DNA from: a virus
Length of the DNA stretch: 64,000 nucleotides
Virus record (IMG/VR): IMGVR_UViG_3300031857_000094
Location: 1-64,000 of that record
Reading direction: 5' to 3' (one strand)
Shown here: in pieces, positions 1-10,432 of the stretch
Position numbering within the stretch: position 1 is the stretch's first letter
Layout: every line of letters begins with the position of its first letter
Program-made: the position numbers and the translations under genes
The notes under the pieces: model-generated
Seen by the model: the letters and a program-made list of their open reading frames with translations, nothing else
Database searches by the model: none
What the model was told of the DNA's origin: nothing

Positions 1-1
1 G

Positions 2-856
2 AACATACTGTTCAGCTTTTGCCTTGGGAAGATTACCAACGTCGATGTAGAAGATACGACGCTCGGGAGCGCGCGCGAGGCGATAGATAACTACCGCGTC
101 TTCGAGCATACGCAACTGATTGAGTGGCTTAATCGCTTTGTGTAGATGCGAAAGAACCATGCGATTGCGAGCGTCGAGCAAACCGCTGTGAACGTAGCAG
201 ATAGCATCCTTCGAAATCTTTACGCCCTGTGTGAGCGTACCAGATGAAAGACCTGCTGGATTGAAGAGATAGTATTCTTCGTAGGGAGGAGCAATCAGTT
301 TAGAGTTCTGACCAACAACTGGCGTTCTTTTGATTGGCTGGCGGATCTTACGAATACGACGAGGATCGATGTAACGCAGCTCTTGGATACCTTTGCGAGG
401 TTGAGCTGTGTCGATCATGATGTGGTAGAACAAACGTCCGTCGATATACCAACGGCGGAAAATTTCATAAGCCGTGCTATTGAAATCAAGGAGCTTGATA
501 ACTTCATCAAACTCTTCTCTGATCTTTTTCTTAATGCTTTCTGGCTGTTCTAGCTTGTCAAGATTAAGTGAAATTGGATCATCATGTTCATTCGAAATGA
601 TAGCTTCATTAACAACGTCATCGACTGCAGACTCGCACTCTGGATACATCGACATTTCGCGATATCGAGTTACGAGTTCTGCTTCGTTCTTAGCTGTACC
701 TTCTAAATCAACATATGTTCCATATGCGCCACCAGGCGCAACTTCCATCGCGCCGTCAAGATTAGGTGGGGGTGCAAAGGAAGGAACTTGGACTGCCAGC
801 TTTTCAGCTGTGTCTTCGTCCTTCCCAATACGGAAGCCAAATAATTCGATCGCCAT
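2..856 (-). CDS. gp20: Portal vertex protein (T4 gp20-like); N-terminal part only, runs off the left edge
   Basis: Hand translation from ATG 856: MAIELFGFRIG...YREMSMYPECESAVDDVVNEAI...FRRWYIDGRLFYH...ELRYIDPRRIRKIR; follows gp19 as in T4. Confidence 0.95.
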   Translation of the reverse strand, partial: MAIELFGFRIGKDEDTAEKLAVQVPSFAPPPNLDGAMEVAPGGAYGTYVDLEGTAKNEAELVTRYREMSMYPECESAVDDVVNEAIISNEHDDPISLNLDKLEQPESIKKKIREEFDEVIKLLDFNSTAYEIFRRWYIDGRLFYHIMIDTAQPRKGIQELRYIDPRRIRKIRQPIKRTPVVGQNSKLIAPPYEEYYLFNPAGLSSGTLTQGVKISKDAICYVHSGLLDARNRMVLSHLHKAIKPLNQLRMLEDAVVIYRLARAPERRIFYIDVGNLPKAKAEQYV

Positions 857-897
857 TAATTTTCCTTCAATTTAATTATAACAAAACGGCGATCAAA

Positions 898-1506
898 TTA
901 CTCGTTGATCACCCTACCGTTAACGTCGGCGTCAACAGTCCAGTAATCGTATGCGAACTCTACAGTGAATTCTTCGATAGCATCAGTAGTTTCCCAATTC
1001 AGTTCGATGTTACCAACTGTTACTGGGAAGATGTTTACGAAAGTGTATTCGCGAGTAGGGATAGCTGCATCGCCAGAAGTAGTACCACCAGCGAATACAC
1101 CTGTCTTAGCATAGTGACGAACTGTAGCTGATGTGCGATATGAAGCGAGACCCTGCTCAGTGATTACTGATGGATTACGAAGATTGTTTTCGTGTGAGTT
1201 GATATATGAGCTCCACAGTTCGAAAGCGTTACGAACCAGGAAGTCTTCGTCGTTGAGAACTGTTACTGTCCAGTTTTCGAACGTGCGATTACCAGCCATC
1301 TTTACCTTACGACCAAAGTATGGAACTTCAATTGTTCCTACTGTTGATGTGGGGATTGATGTAGCTTTACATACGAAAGTGAACTGCTGTTCGGCAGTTG
1401 GCTCTGCGATGCCAGCTGGAAGCGTCAAGAACACCTCGAAAAGAGATGCTCTTGCGCCACCATATGGTAAACCTCTTGCGGCGAATGATGATACATTAAA
1501 GGGCAT
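898..1506 (-). CDS. gp19: Tail tube protein
   Basis: IEVPYFGRKVKMAGNRTFENWTVTVLNDEDF and IEEFTVEFAYDYW motifs; lies between sheath and portal. Confidence 0.95.
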   Translation of the reverse strand: MPFNVSSFAARGLPYGGARASLFEVFLTLPAGIAEPTAEQQFTFVCKATSIPTSTVGTIEVPYFGRKVKMAGNRTFENWTVTVLNDEDFLVRNAFELWSSYINSHENNLRNPSVITEQGLASYRTSATVRHYAKTGVFAGGTTSGDAAIPTREYTFVNIFPVTVGNIELNWETTDAIEEFTVEFAYDYWTVDADVNGRVINE

Positions 1507-1531
1507 TAGTTTTTCTCCCTATCCTTTCTAG

Positions 1532-1539
1532 TATTTAGT
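1532..1539 (-). promoter_or_regulatory. T4-type late promoter variant (ACTAAATA) upstream of gp19
   Basis: TAAATA core in the intergenic gap. Confidence 0.6.
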
Positions 1540-1546
1540 TCGCCGA

Positions 1547-3493
1547 TTAGAACTTTCCTACAACTTCAGTGAAGTCAACACCCGTGCGAACTGCAACGAA
1601 GTTGAGCTGAATGAAGTTGATCGAACGAGCAGGCTTGATGTAAATGTCACCAACGAACTCGTTGCGGTCAATAACTTCTGGCGTATTGTTTGTTTCGTCG
1701 CAAACAACGCGGAAGTCTGTGATACCACGACGGCCCTGAACGTCACGAAGGAATGGTTCTACGAGAGCCTTGAACTGAGCGCGAGTGAACGCATCGTTGA
1801 ACTCGAACAGAGTATACTTGGCTGCTGTAGCGATTGCCTTTTCAAGAACAATGAACAGACGACGAACGTTGATACGGTCGAAAGCTGATGGCTTAGCCAA
1901 CATCGTCTTATCACCAAACAGGATAGTTCCTTCGCCTGGGAAAGTCGTGATTGGATTTACGCCAGCTTTGTAGAGGGCATCACGTTCTGTCTTATTAGGA
2001 TTGAACGCGAGCTTAACAACGTTTTTGATCTGACCGCGATTGTATCCAGCTGGTGAGTACCATGGATCGCGTTCGATATCTGTACGAACCATCGTACCAG
2101 CAGTATCGCCGTTGCAAGGAACATGACGGAATACGTCATTATACTTGTCGTATTGATACTTCCAGCCTGAGTCCATTACAGCGTATGAAGTTGAAATACC
2201 TATTGAGTTTTTAAACGCAATGATATCATCTACTTCTGCGCCCGCATATCCAGAGTTGTTAACAACATCTGCTTCACGCGGCGAAAAGATTGCAATACAA
2301 TCTTTGCGATATTCTACGATGTTATTGATAATATGAATTGCGCGAGTTGCGTCTGATCCTGATCCAAGGATCAATGATACATCAACAGACTCAGCCGACT
2401 TGAACAGATTATATCCATTGATGTAGTCTGCTGCTCTTGGAGCAGCGCCATCACGTCCGTTAACGAAACTTGCGTTAACTGGCAGAGACTGCGTTCCTAC
2501 GCCAAAGTTTGAACCCGAAACAACAGATTTACTTGAGTTTGTAATTCCTATTGGATGAGAAGCCCACCAAACCCAACGTGAGTTTTTGTTGATATACTTG
2601 TTATAGTGAATGTTAGTGCCATTTTCCGATTTAGCGTTTGACGCTTTTGATAAGTTCGGATGAATTTCTAGGATCGCGTCGGCAGTTCCTGTAATTCCAC
2701 CATCTTGATCTGCAATAACGATATGCATTTCGTCATTTGAGCTGCTATACTTTGCAGCTTCTGCAGAAGTTCCTGGAGCGGTTGGAACATAATCATAATA
2801 TTCCCAACGACGTGTTGTCGTAGCTTGCGTTCCAGTGTTACCAACATACTTAGTCTGAAGTGTTACAGTGTTTCCTGTAACAGAAGCAACTTTACGTTGT
2901 TGTCTATCTGGACCTAGGATAAGGATATCGCCCGCAACAACTTTCGTATTAACAGATGTGGCTGTTGTGAACGTTACAGTTGTTGAGTTATTCGTAAATG
3001 CGCAAGCGCCTGCAATAGTGCTTTCGTATGCGTTTGCAGTCAAGCAAACAGAAATACGCAAATTGTTACCAATAGAACCAGGATACTTAGCTACCCAGTT
3101 ACCTACATCAGAAATTCCAGAAGAATAATTGTTTTCGTAATCATCTTCGTTCTTAATGATTGTATTTTTAGTGTTTGCTGCATTTGTAGTAGCATTTCTT
3201 CCGCGCGCAGTGTTTGAAGCAGCTGTACCAGATTCGTTAATTACACGAACTGTATAAAGCGCATTTCCGTATGCAAGGAAGTTTGCTGCTGTAAAAAAGT
3301 CAACATAAGTGTTGCCGCTAGGCGTGTTAAACTGCTTCACGAGCGTATCTTCTGAATCTACAAGAACACGCTGCCCAACAGGACCCCACTTAAAATGACC
3401 AGCTAATGCGCCAGTTGTCGTGCTGACGGCAGGGATAATGGTTGTGAGATCAATCTCACTTACATTTACACCTGGAGAAACTTGGAAACCCAT
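1547..3493 (-). CDS. gp18: Tail sheath protein
   Basis: N-terminal SPGVNVSEIDLT; PWYSPAGYNRG, FDRINVRRLF, IYIKPARSINFIQLNFVA. Confidence 0.97.
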   Translation of the reverse strand: MGFQVSPGVNVSEIDLTTIIPAVSTTTGALAGHFKWGPVGQRVLVDSEDTLVKQFNTPSGNTYVDFFTAANFLAYGNALYTVRVINESGTAASNTARGRNATTNAANTKNTIIKNEDDYENNYSSGISDVGNWVAKYPGSIGNNLRISVCLTANAYESTIAGACAFTNNSTTVTFTTATSVNTKVVAGDILILGPDRQQRKVASVTGNTVTLQTKYVGNTGTQATTTRRWEYYDYVPTAPGTSAEAAKYSSSNDEMHIVIADQDGGITGTADAILEIHPNLSKASNAKSENGTNIHYNKYINKNSRWVWWASHPIGITNSSKSVVSGSNFGVGTQSLPVNASFVNGRDGAAPRAADYINGYNLFKSAESVDVSLILGSGSDATRAIHIINNIVEYRKDCIAIFSPREADVVNNSGYAGAEVDDIIAFKNSIGISTSYAVMDSGWKYQYDKYNDVFRHVPCNGDTAGTMVRTDIERDPWYSPAGYNRGQIKNVVKLAFNPNKTERDALYKAGVNPITTFPGEGTILFGDKTMLAKPSAFDRINVRRLFIVLEKAIATAAKYTLFEFNDAFTRAQFKALVEPFLRDVQGRRGITDFRVVCDETNNTPEVIDRNEFVGDIYIKPARSINFIQLNFVAVRTGVDFTEVVGKF

Positions 3494-3554
3494 CGGACTT
3501 ATCTCCTTTTATGTAACGAAGTATGCTTCTTCGTGCCTTAAATCCTACTCGTTT

Positions 3555-3562
3555 TATTTATA
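3555..3562 (-). promoter_or_regulatory. T4 late promoter TATAAATA upstream of gp18
   Basis: Exact T4 late consensus in the intergenic gap. Confidence 0.75.
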
Positions 3563-3574
3563 AAAAAAGGACTT

Positions 3575-5200
3575 TTATCCAAATCTCATATCGTCAAATC
3601 CAGCTCCGAACGAAGGATCTCCTGAATCTTCCATGGATTGGACGGCTCCGCCGTCGTCTATGAATCCAGCTGGAAGGATATCTTCATGAACTTCTCTCAT
3701 CGTTTCGTTCGCTAAGTTTCTGCGGATATCATTATTCGTCAAATCTTTGAAGTATGGCTGAGTGATAAGCCATCCAAAGAGTACCAAAGTCATCGCCAAA
3801 TCATCATGACAGCCTTCTTCAGCTCTATATGTATCTTTAGTCTCAACGAAGGTAGTCAGCTCTTCGATAGTGTCGAAATCATTGATAACGAGCTTGTTTG
3901 ATTCTACAATAGTTTTTAAGTTCGAACAACCAATTTTCTTAACAGATTTCGTTGTTCGAATACCAAAAGCTGATCGAGAACTGAATCCGCCACCAACCTT
4001 GATATTCTTGTTCTTAGTAAATGTAGCGATTACATTTTCATACTCAAGATCGGTAAACAGAGACTGAACGACCTGCTGACCAATGTTATTCGTTTCACCT
4101 AGTATCCATGCGTTGTTATACATCTTTGCGAAACGATAGATCACATCTGGAAACATAAGTGGAGTGATTTCTCGACTCCTGAACTTAGCCACCTGTCTGT
4201 ATGGGAACTGAGTCACGTCAAAGATAGACATAGCGGAGTAGTCTCCGCCTACGCCTTCGGACACGTCAAACACGCCAATATACAGTTTCCGTGGATCAGG
4301 CATCTCATGGATATCTAATCCGAACTTATCTTTCACTGGCTGAGCCCATACTAGTTCTCTGAGCTTCATTGGATGGATCAGCGTATGCGATGATCCAATG
4401 AACTCGCATTCAAACTCCTGACGGAACTGCTCTTCGCTAGTGTTAGCGATGGTTTGCTTTTTCCATTCCTCGTCTCGACCAGGAACGTCTGACCAGTGAA
4501 TCTCGATTGGTTTATACTCGCTCTTACCATCAGTCGCATCAGTCCACATCTTGTAAAAATGATTCATACCGTTAGGCGTAGAAACGATAATGATCTTGGT
4601 TGTCTTACCAGATGAAATCGTAGGATACGTTGACGCGAAGAACTGATCAGCAAGATTACGCTGCACGAACGCAAACTCGTCGAGGAAGATGAGATTATAC
4701 GATCCACCGCGGATGGCGCTTGATGAAGTAGCAGCTGCTACGACTTTAGAACCATTTTCCAGTTCAATGTTACCTTTGTTCCAAGTCACAACGCCTTGCT
4801 GAAGAAACTTAGGAAGATATTCGTATGCGAGCTGGAGCTTCGCGAGCAGATCGCGCGCGAGCGCTCCCTTGTTCGCGAGGATGGCTACATTCTGTTGATC
4901 TGTAAACAAAACAAGCCAAAGGATGTATGCGACCGACGTTGTTGATTTACCAACCTGACGAGGGAGCTTGCATATGGAAAAGCGATTATCAGCGAAGGTA
5001 TGGAGCATCTTCGCTTGGAAATCCCACATACGAAATGGAATCAAACCTTGGTCGACGTTAACGATCTTGATATAGTTGCGGGCAAAGTATTCTACGTCTT
5101 TGGCACACTTGATATACTCATCAACTTCTTCTCTTGTGTATTGATGAATGACACCAGCGGCTTTTAGATTAGGATTACCAAGATACGTTTTTACAGCCAT
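3575..5200 (-). CDS. gp17: Terminase large subunit
   Basis: YLGNPNLK start, Walker A PRQVGKST, Walker B LIFLDEFAF, STPNGMNHFY, HDDLAM nuclease motif. Confidence 0.97.
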   Translation of the reverse strand: MAVKTYLGNPNLKAAGVIHQYTREEVDEYIKCAKDVEYFARNYIKIVNVDQGLIPFRMWDFQAKMLHTFADNRFSICKLPRQVGKSTTSVAYILWLVLFTDQQNVAILANKGALARDLLAKLQLAYEYLPKFLQQGVVTWNKGNIELENGSKVVAAATSSSAIRGGSYNLIFLDEFAFVQRNLADQFFASTYPTISSGKTTKIIIVSTPNGMNHFYKMWTDATDGKSEYKPIEIHWSDVPGRDEEWKKQTIANTSEEQFRQEFECEFIGSSHTLIHPMKLRELVWAQPVKDKFGLDIHEMPDPRKLYIGVFDVSEGVGGDYSAMSIFDVTQFPYRQVAKFRSREITPLMFPDVIYRFAKMYNNAWILGETNNIGQQVVQSLFTDLEYENVIATFTKNKNIKVGGGFSSRSAFGIRTTKSVKKIGCSNLKTIVESNKLVINDFDTIEELTTFVETKDTYRAEEGCHDDLAMTLVLFGWLITQPYFKDLTNNDIRRNLANETMREVHEDILPAGFIDDGGAVQSMEDSGDPSFGAGFDDMRFG

Positions 5201-5616
5201 TACTTCCTACCATTAATCAACTGCTGAAGTTCAGCTGCATTACCAACAAAAATCGCATTTTGTGCTTGAACAGACTGAGGAGCTTTCTCCTCGTCATTCT
5301 TTTTTAAATCTTTCAGTTTTTTCTGGATGTCAAGTAGATCTTTGTTAGCGTCAACCAGCGTCTTGATAAGACCTCCGACGACTTCAAAGGCTCTTGGATG
5401 CTCTGAGGTTTTTGCGACGAGCAATGCTTCTTCCAAGGCATCATTACCTTTGTGAATGATCTGATGCAAGTTCCTGCGCGCTGTAGCAAAGTCGTCATCG
5501 ATGTCTGCATTTTCATTAACCTCAATAGGAGCTACGGCTTGTACCATAGGAGGAGACGACTCTGGAAGCCCTAAGGCTTGCTCGACGCTCAGTTCAAAGT
5601 TAGTTTTTTCACTCAT
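5200..5616 (-). CDS. gp16: Terminase small subunit
   Basis: EHPRAFEV and NAIFVGNAAELQ motifs; directly upstream of gp17. Confidence 0.9.
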   Translation of the reverse strand: MSEKTNFELSVEQALGLPESSPPMVQAVAPIEVNENADIDDDFATARRNLHQIIHKGNDALEEALLVAKTSEHPRAFEVVGGLIKTLVDANKDLLDIQKKLKDLKKNDEEKAPQSVQAQNAIFVGNAAELQQLINGRK

Positions 5617-6488
5617 TGATCTTGTCCAGTTGCAGGATTATACTTTAGTCCATCCATATAGAAAAACGTGTTTGAACAGAATCCATAGTCATCGTCCGCA
5701 TCAATTTGATTGTACGGGATAGAAGCTGCGCTATTTGTTGTTGGGCTACCGTTAGCAAATAGTCCTGGCTGAATAACGATACGTGAGCTGCGTCCAGTTT
5801 GTGCGACATCTTCAAGTGTGATTTTGCTTCCGCTGTTTGCAGTAACAATACCAAAGTCGATCTGTGTGCGCTTGATAATACCCTGACGACGAACTGGTCC
5901 GTAGAAGTATGCTTTGACTGTAAAATCAAACGTATAGATCAAAGCGCGACGACTTTCGAAGTCACCTTCGTAAGTATCCTCAATAGAAACTGTGTTCAAA
6001 ATCGTAGGAATATCCTGCGTGATATTCGTTTGCGAAATGATTCGAACGCTGTTTGTCCACTCTGGACCAAAGTATGGAACGATCTGCTCGAGAATCTGTG
6101 CGCCATCGTCAGCGTTGCGAACGTATGCGTATAGATTGAACTGTAAGTCATACGGAACTGGCGCATAGTTAAAATCTAACTTGTCCTCGTCAGTTACGAC
6201 CTTGACGTTACGATTGTGCGAGTTCAGTCTGCGATTTCCATCGTAATTGAGCGTCGTCATCTCAAAGCTCATCGCAGGAAGCTGAATGGCTACTGGACGA
6301 TCTAAGTTAGGATCGGCTACTGTTCTAGCCAGAAACTTTTCCTTAGGTGCATATGAAAGGGGAACAGCGATCGCTTTTACATTGTTTCCGTTAGCGTCAT
6401 ACTGACGAACCACGATATCGTTGAACATGTTACCGAACATGATAACATATCTACGCAGCGATTGATGGTAAAACTGTGATCCGAACAT
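5613..6488 (-). CDS. gp15: Tail sheath stabiliser / tail terminator
   Basis: FYHQSLRRYVIMFGNMFNDI, VPLSYAPKEKF, QILEQIVPYF. Confidence 0.93.
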   Translation of the reverse strand: MFGSQFYHQSLRRYVIMFGNMFNDIVVRQYDANGNNVKAIAVPLSYAPKEKFLARTVADPNLDRPVAIQLPAMSFEMTTLNYDGNRRLNSHNRNVKVVTDEDKLDFNYAPVPYDLQFNLYAYVRNADDGAQILEQIVPYFGPEWTNSVRIISQTNITQDIPTILNTVSIEDTYEGDFESRRALIYTFDFTVKAYFYGPVRRQGIIKRTQIDFGIVTANSGSKITLEDVAQTGRSSRIVIQPGLFANGSPTTNSAASIPYNQIDADDDYGFCSNTFFYMDGLKYNPATGQDQ

Positions 6489-7321
6489 TAGTAGCGATCC
6501 ACTTCAGAAAATGGGTTACGTTCACTGAAGTCAATGAAATCAAGTGACTTCCTGAAGTAAATTTCGTTGTTAGCTGTTTTAGTCTGTGTTTCGACTCTAT
6601 ACTCTTGAAGAATGTATTCGCCATCTTCGTTCTGCAGCGTATCTCCGTCTTCATAAAGGAACTGATACACAAGGATATCTTGACTGTAATTGTCCTCGAT
6701 AAGATCAATTTCTGTATTACCAGTGTTAAGGTCAATAGCTCCCATACGATCTACGAGTTCGCAACGCAGCTCGTATGTGTAGAGCTTGCCGTGCTGATAG
6801 AACACTTGCTCGTGCTCTACGAACTTGACTTCGTATAGTTTCTTATTGAGCGGGAAGTAAATGAAATCACCTTCGAATGGACGCGGCGAAGTTGTTTGAT
6901 ACTGTTCTGTTGATCCTGTTTCTAAACGAAGAGCAACAGAGTTAGCCCAACGTCCAGTGTTCGCTTCTTCGAGTTGAATGTTATATCCGACTTCTGTCAG
7001 AACTTTTTCGTTGGATACTTGTTCCCAGCGTTTGCGCGCCATAACAAGAGTCATAGAGTCGCGAATCTCAAGATTGAACTTGGAAAGGAAATCGCCTTCG
7101 CCTTCGAAGTTCTGTGTGTTCTTGACATACATTTCAATGTCAATAGCATCGTTGAACTCTGACAAAGGATCTTCGCCAAGTAGTGCATCAGGTCCAATAA
7201 TAGTGCGCGGCAAATACTTCACGTCAAGACCATGGATCTTGATTGATTCAATAATCAAATCTTCGGCTGTGTCTTGTTCACGACCGTAGGTAAAATAGTT
7301 GAAGTATTTGTTCGTGGCCAT
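6488..7321 (-). CDS. gp14: Neck protein
   Basis: EDLIIESIKIHGLDVKYLPR, RPFEGDFIYFP, EVKFVEHE. Confidence 0.93.
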   Translation of the reverse strand: MATNKYFNYFTYGREQDTAEDLIIESIKIHGLDVKYLPRTIIGPDALLGEDPLSEFNDAIDIEMYVKNTQNFEGEGDFLSKFNLEIRDSMTLVMARKRWEQVSNEKVLTEVGYNIQLEEANTGRWANSVALRLETGSTEQYQTTSPRPFEGDFIYFPLNKKLYEVKFVEHEQVFYQHGKLYTYELRCELVDRMGAIDLNTGNTEIDLIEDNYSQDILVYQFLYEDGDTLQNEDGEYILQEYRVETQTKTANNEIYFRKSLDFIDFSERNPFSEVDRY

Positions 7322-7323
7322 CG

Positions 7324-8067
7324 TTATCCGATCATGTCAGTAACAGGCAGCGAGTAACTGTTAATTACTTCGTTGTCTAGCTTCTCGATTTCTTCGCGAG
7401 CCTCGTCCCAAATTTTCTGACCGTTGAATGTCAATCCACCTGGAAGATTCATACCCTCGAACTTCTTAAGATTTTCACCCCACTGACGCTTAACGAGAGC
7501 AGTCGCATACTGCTTAAGCCACGGATCATTCCATACATCGGTATATACGTCTGGGTCAACTGTGCGATAGCAGTCGATGATGATATACTGTCCGACCTGA
7601 ACGTCTTCGTCCCATTTCATGTCAATATGGAGCTTATCCATATGACGATTGAAACGGATTGGCTTTTTACCTACGAATACTTCTTCAAGGAACTCGATGT
7701 GACGCATCGCAACAACGTATGGCGTTACCGATACGCTGGAAATGTTGAACAGTTCGTTGAGGTGAAGCTGATAGCGGATATTGAACAGATTCATAGCATT
7801 GTATGAATCGTTGATATCAAAAATACGAGTTACGCCAATAATCCCTTCTGGGAGCGTCACATACTTATTGACGCGATCTTCAGCTGTAACTTGATATGGA
7901 AGATATACATGCTCTGTACCGTCGTAGTGATAATCACGGAACTTGAGCAGAGCGTCGTCGATACGATCTTCAACCTGCTCATCATCGACGTTGATATCAA
8001 TAACTGGTGCACCTAAACGGCGTAAAATGTAGTCTTTAAATTGTTGTCTAGACGAAGTTGCGGCCAT
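7324..8067 (-). CDS. gp13: Neck protein
   Basis: ILRRLGAPVIDINV, WLKQYATALVKRQWGENLKKF, LPGGLTFNG. Confidence 0.95.
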   Translation of the reverse strand: MAATSSRQQFKDYILRRLGAPVIDINVDDEQVEDRIDDALLKFRDYHYDGTEHVYLPYQVTAEDRVNKYVTLPEGIIGVTRIFDINDSYNAMNLFNIRYQLHLNELFNISSVSVTPYVVAMRHIEFLEEVFVGKKPIRFNRHMDKLHIDMKWDEDVQVGQYIIIDCYRTVDPDVYTDVWNDPWLKQYATALVKRQWGENLKKFEGMNLPGGLTFNGQKIWDEAREEIEKLDNEVINSYSLPVTDMIG

Positions 8068-8094
8068 TGAGGAAGCTCCATTGAATACTTCCCC

Positions 8095-8102
8095 TATTTA
8101 TT
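8095..8102 (-). promoter_or_regulatory. Late promoter AATAAATA upstream of gp13
   Basis: TAAATA core overlapping the cyclase stop codon. Confidence 0.65.
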
Positions 8103-10165
8103 CATTTTGATGTGGCGCGATATACTCCATCCCAGTTTTTGGGTATATCAGCGTTTCGTAGCTCCTCAATGCGCTCCTCCATCATTCCATAATATTCAGT
8201 GAGTTCGCCTTTAAACGCATTTCGCAACACTTTGATATACTGTAATGCGTTATCCCAGTTTTGATAGCGATACTGTTTAATGAAGTCTCTATGAGTTTTT
8301 AGATATGTGTGATCAACTCCTGTCCCATTGACAATCGTAAAGATACGGACTCCTTTCGATTTACCTTTTACAGCGATGCAGTCTAGCTCTGCTAGTGGAT
8401 ATGCTCCGTCAAGCAGTTCTGCTGTGCGCTCACCGATGATAATACGAACGTGATACGGTTTGCTCTGTCCCTCTAACCGCGAAGCCAAGTTGACAGAATC
8501 CCCCAAACAGGTATAATCAAATCTTTGACTGGAACCCATATTGCCAACGACAACATCACCAGAATTGATACCGAGACCCATACCAAAAGGAGGAACTCCT
8601 TCAGGCGCGATAGAAGCGTTAAAAGCATCGAGATCATCGAGCATTGCGAGACCCGTGCGAACTGCGTTTTTAGCGTGTTCGCGATCATCCAAAGGCGCGT
8701 TCCAGAAAGCCATCTGCGCATCGCCGATATACTTGTCGAGTGTTCCATTGTTTTCTAAAATCCTTGCAGTCATCGCTGTCATGTAGCGATTCATTATCTG
8801 AGTAAGACCTTGAACGTCAGATCCATAATGCTCACTAATAGAAGTGAAGCCGCGCACATCAGTAAACATAATTGAAAGTTCACGAGTTTCTCCTCCTAGG
8901 CGTAGTAGCTCAGGATTCTTCTGTAACTTTTCAACAAGAGCTGGTGAAAGATATGTACCAAACTGCTTTTTGATTTGCAGCTTCAATCTATTCTCGCGCG
9001 CGAAGTTGTTATATACTAAGTGACCAAAGCTGAAAGTGCCTGCCAACAATAAATAACTAGCATCCCACAGCTGCATGTGTTCTTTGAACATGTAGTAAGA
9101 ACCATATGCGGAGGATCCAACGAATGCTAGATATAATGGCACTGTCAATGAAACAGATGTTCTTGGTACAAGAAAGAGCAATAATCCTAGCATTACAGAC
9201 AGAACGAGCAATTCAAGAGTCTTCGCGAAAGGCAGTCGGGTTATACTTGATCCATCTATCAAAGTTTGCAATGCAGCAGCTTGAACTTCATGGCTCCACT
9301 TTTCACCCAACGGCGTGCCGATAATCCCACCAACGCCTTCAATCGTTAATCCTAAGACAACAATTTTTCCTTCGACTTTATCTTTTGTAGCTTCTGTTGC
9401 ATCGACGCGCTCGAAGTTATTGTTCCATGTTGTCCAGATGCGACCACGCTCGTCTGTGGAGATTGCGGGGAACTGCGGGATGCGGACTGCTTCGACACCT
9501 GCTTGACCTGTTTTGATTTGGTAAGATGGATCTCCAGCCACTGCTCGTAGGGTTTCCAATACAAGTGAAGGATACAGTGTATCCCCAATCCTAACCAGCA
9601 TAGGCAAGCGACGAACAACCCCATCACGCTCAGGTGTTGCAGCGAGAACCCCAACCCCTTCGGCAACGTCAGCGAAAGATCGTAGAGGAGATATAGCCCC
9701 AGGCCAAGAATAGACCCATGAATTAGGGTCATCACCGATACTAGCGAAGCCTCTGCGAACAGCATCTGGCGCTCTTCGCTGAGCTGTTGGTGTTTGCGAT
9801 ATAACGACACCACCAGCCGCAATAGATTTTGCCAAATCGGCATCGCCACCAGCGCGATCTTTTTCACTAAAAAGAATAGGAACGACGATAGCTGCAGCGC
9901 CAGCAGCACGAAGACGTTCAATAGTCGCAGCGATGTCTCGACGGTCGAATGGCCATTGACCGTATTCCTGAACTGACTTTTCGCCGAACTCAACCAGAAC
10001 AACTTCATCGGACTTCTTTTGCTCCAAAGATGTTATGAAGTAGTCAAAAGTTTTCAGTTGTAAAGTTTCAATGGGAGATGGATTCAATATGAACAGGATG
10101 ACAAGCATCAAAGCTGATGCGATAGCCGCCCACGTCGAAGTGAGATATTTGCCAAACGTTTCCAT
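8102..10165 (-). CDS. CHASE2-domain class III adenylate cyclase, membrane-bound
   Basis: N-terminal TM, CHASE2 motifs (GQWPFDR, DGVVRRLPM), three TMs, then cyclase motifs IMFTDVRGFT, DKYIGDAQMAFWNAP, RFDYTCLGDSVNLASRLEG. Confidence 0.92.
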   Translation of the reverse strand: METFGKYLTSTWAAIASALMLVILFILNPSPIETLQLKTFDYFITSLEQKKSDEVVLVEFGEKSVQEYGQWPFDRRDIAATIERLRAAGAAAIVVPILFSEKDRAGGDADLAKSIAAGGVVISQTPTAQRRAPDAVRRGFASIGDDPNSWVYSWPGAISPLRSFADVAEGVGVLAATPERDGVVRRLPMLVRIGDTLYPSLVLETLRAVAGDPSYQIKTGQAGVEAVRIPQFPAISTDERGRIWTTWNNNFERVDATEATKDKVEGKIVVLGLTIEGVGGIIGTPLGEKWSHEVQAAALQTLIDGSSITRLPFAKTLELLVLSVMLGLLLFLVPRTSVSLTVPLYLAFVGSSAYGSYYMFKEHMQLWDASYLLLAGTFSFGHLVYNNFARENRLKLQIKKQFGTYLSPALVEKLQKNPELLRLGGETRELSIMFTDVRGFTSISEHYGSDVQGLTQIMNRYMTAMTARILENNGTLDKYIGDAQMAFWNAPLDDREHAKNAVRTGLAMLDDLDAFNASIAPEGVPPFGMGLGINSGDVVVGNMGSSQRFDYTCLGDSVNLASRLEGQSKPYHVRIIIGERTAELLDGAYPLAELDCIAVKGKSKGVRIFTIVNGTGVDHTYLKTHRDFIKQYRYQNWDNALQYIKVLRNAFKGELTEYYGMMEERIEELRNADIPKNWDGVYRATSK

Positions 10166-10167
10166 GA

Positions 10168-10431
10168 TCAGTATTGATTGACGATATAAGGAGAAGAAGG
10201 GCAGCTACTGTAACAAGAAACGCTAAGGCTGAAAGACTGTGGAGTATTTCCTGACTGCGTGACCGAGACGCTGATGCCGTCGCCCGCCAATTGTAAATTA
10301 GCAGAATGACCAACAGCAGACTGAGTGATAGTAACATTTTGTGTTGATCCTATAATATTGACTGTTGCGTTGTTAACCTGTTGTGCGTTAGCAGAAACGG
10401 TCAGTAACAATAGAGCTGCTAATACTTTCAT
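10168..10431 (-). CDS. Small secreted curlin-repeat-like protein
   Basis: Signal peptide, NxAxV / VTITQ / SVTQSGN beta repeats, C-terminal Cys pair. Confidence 0.5.
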   Translation of the reverse strand: MKVLAALLLLTVSANAQQVNNATVNIIGSTQNVTITQSAVGHSANLQLAGDGISVSVTQSGNTPQSFSLSVSCYSSCPSSPYIVNQY

Positions 10432-10432
10432 A

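Noticed and set aside
474-1531. Plus-strand ORFs of 121-133 aa
   Set aside because: Antisense to gp20 and gp19
9352-10008. 218-aa alternative-frame ORF inside the cyclase
   Set aside because: No recognisable motif or SD; fully nested in a well-supported gene
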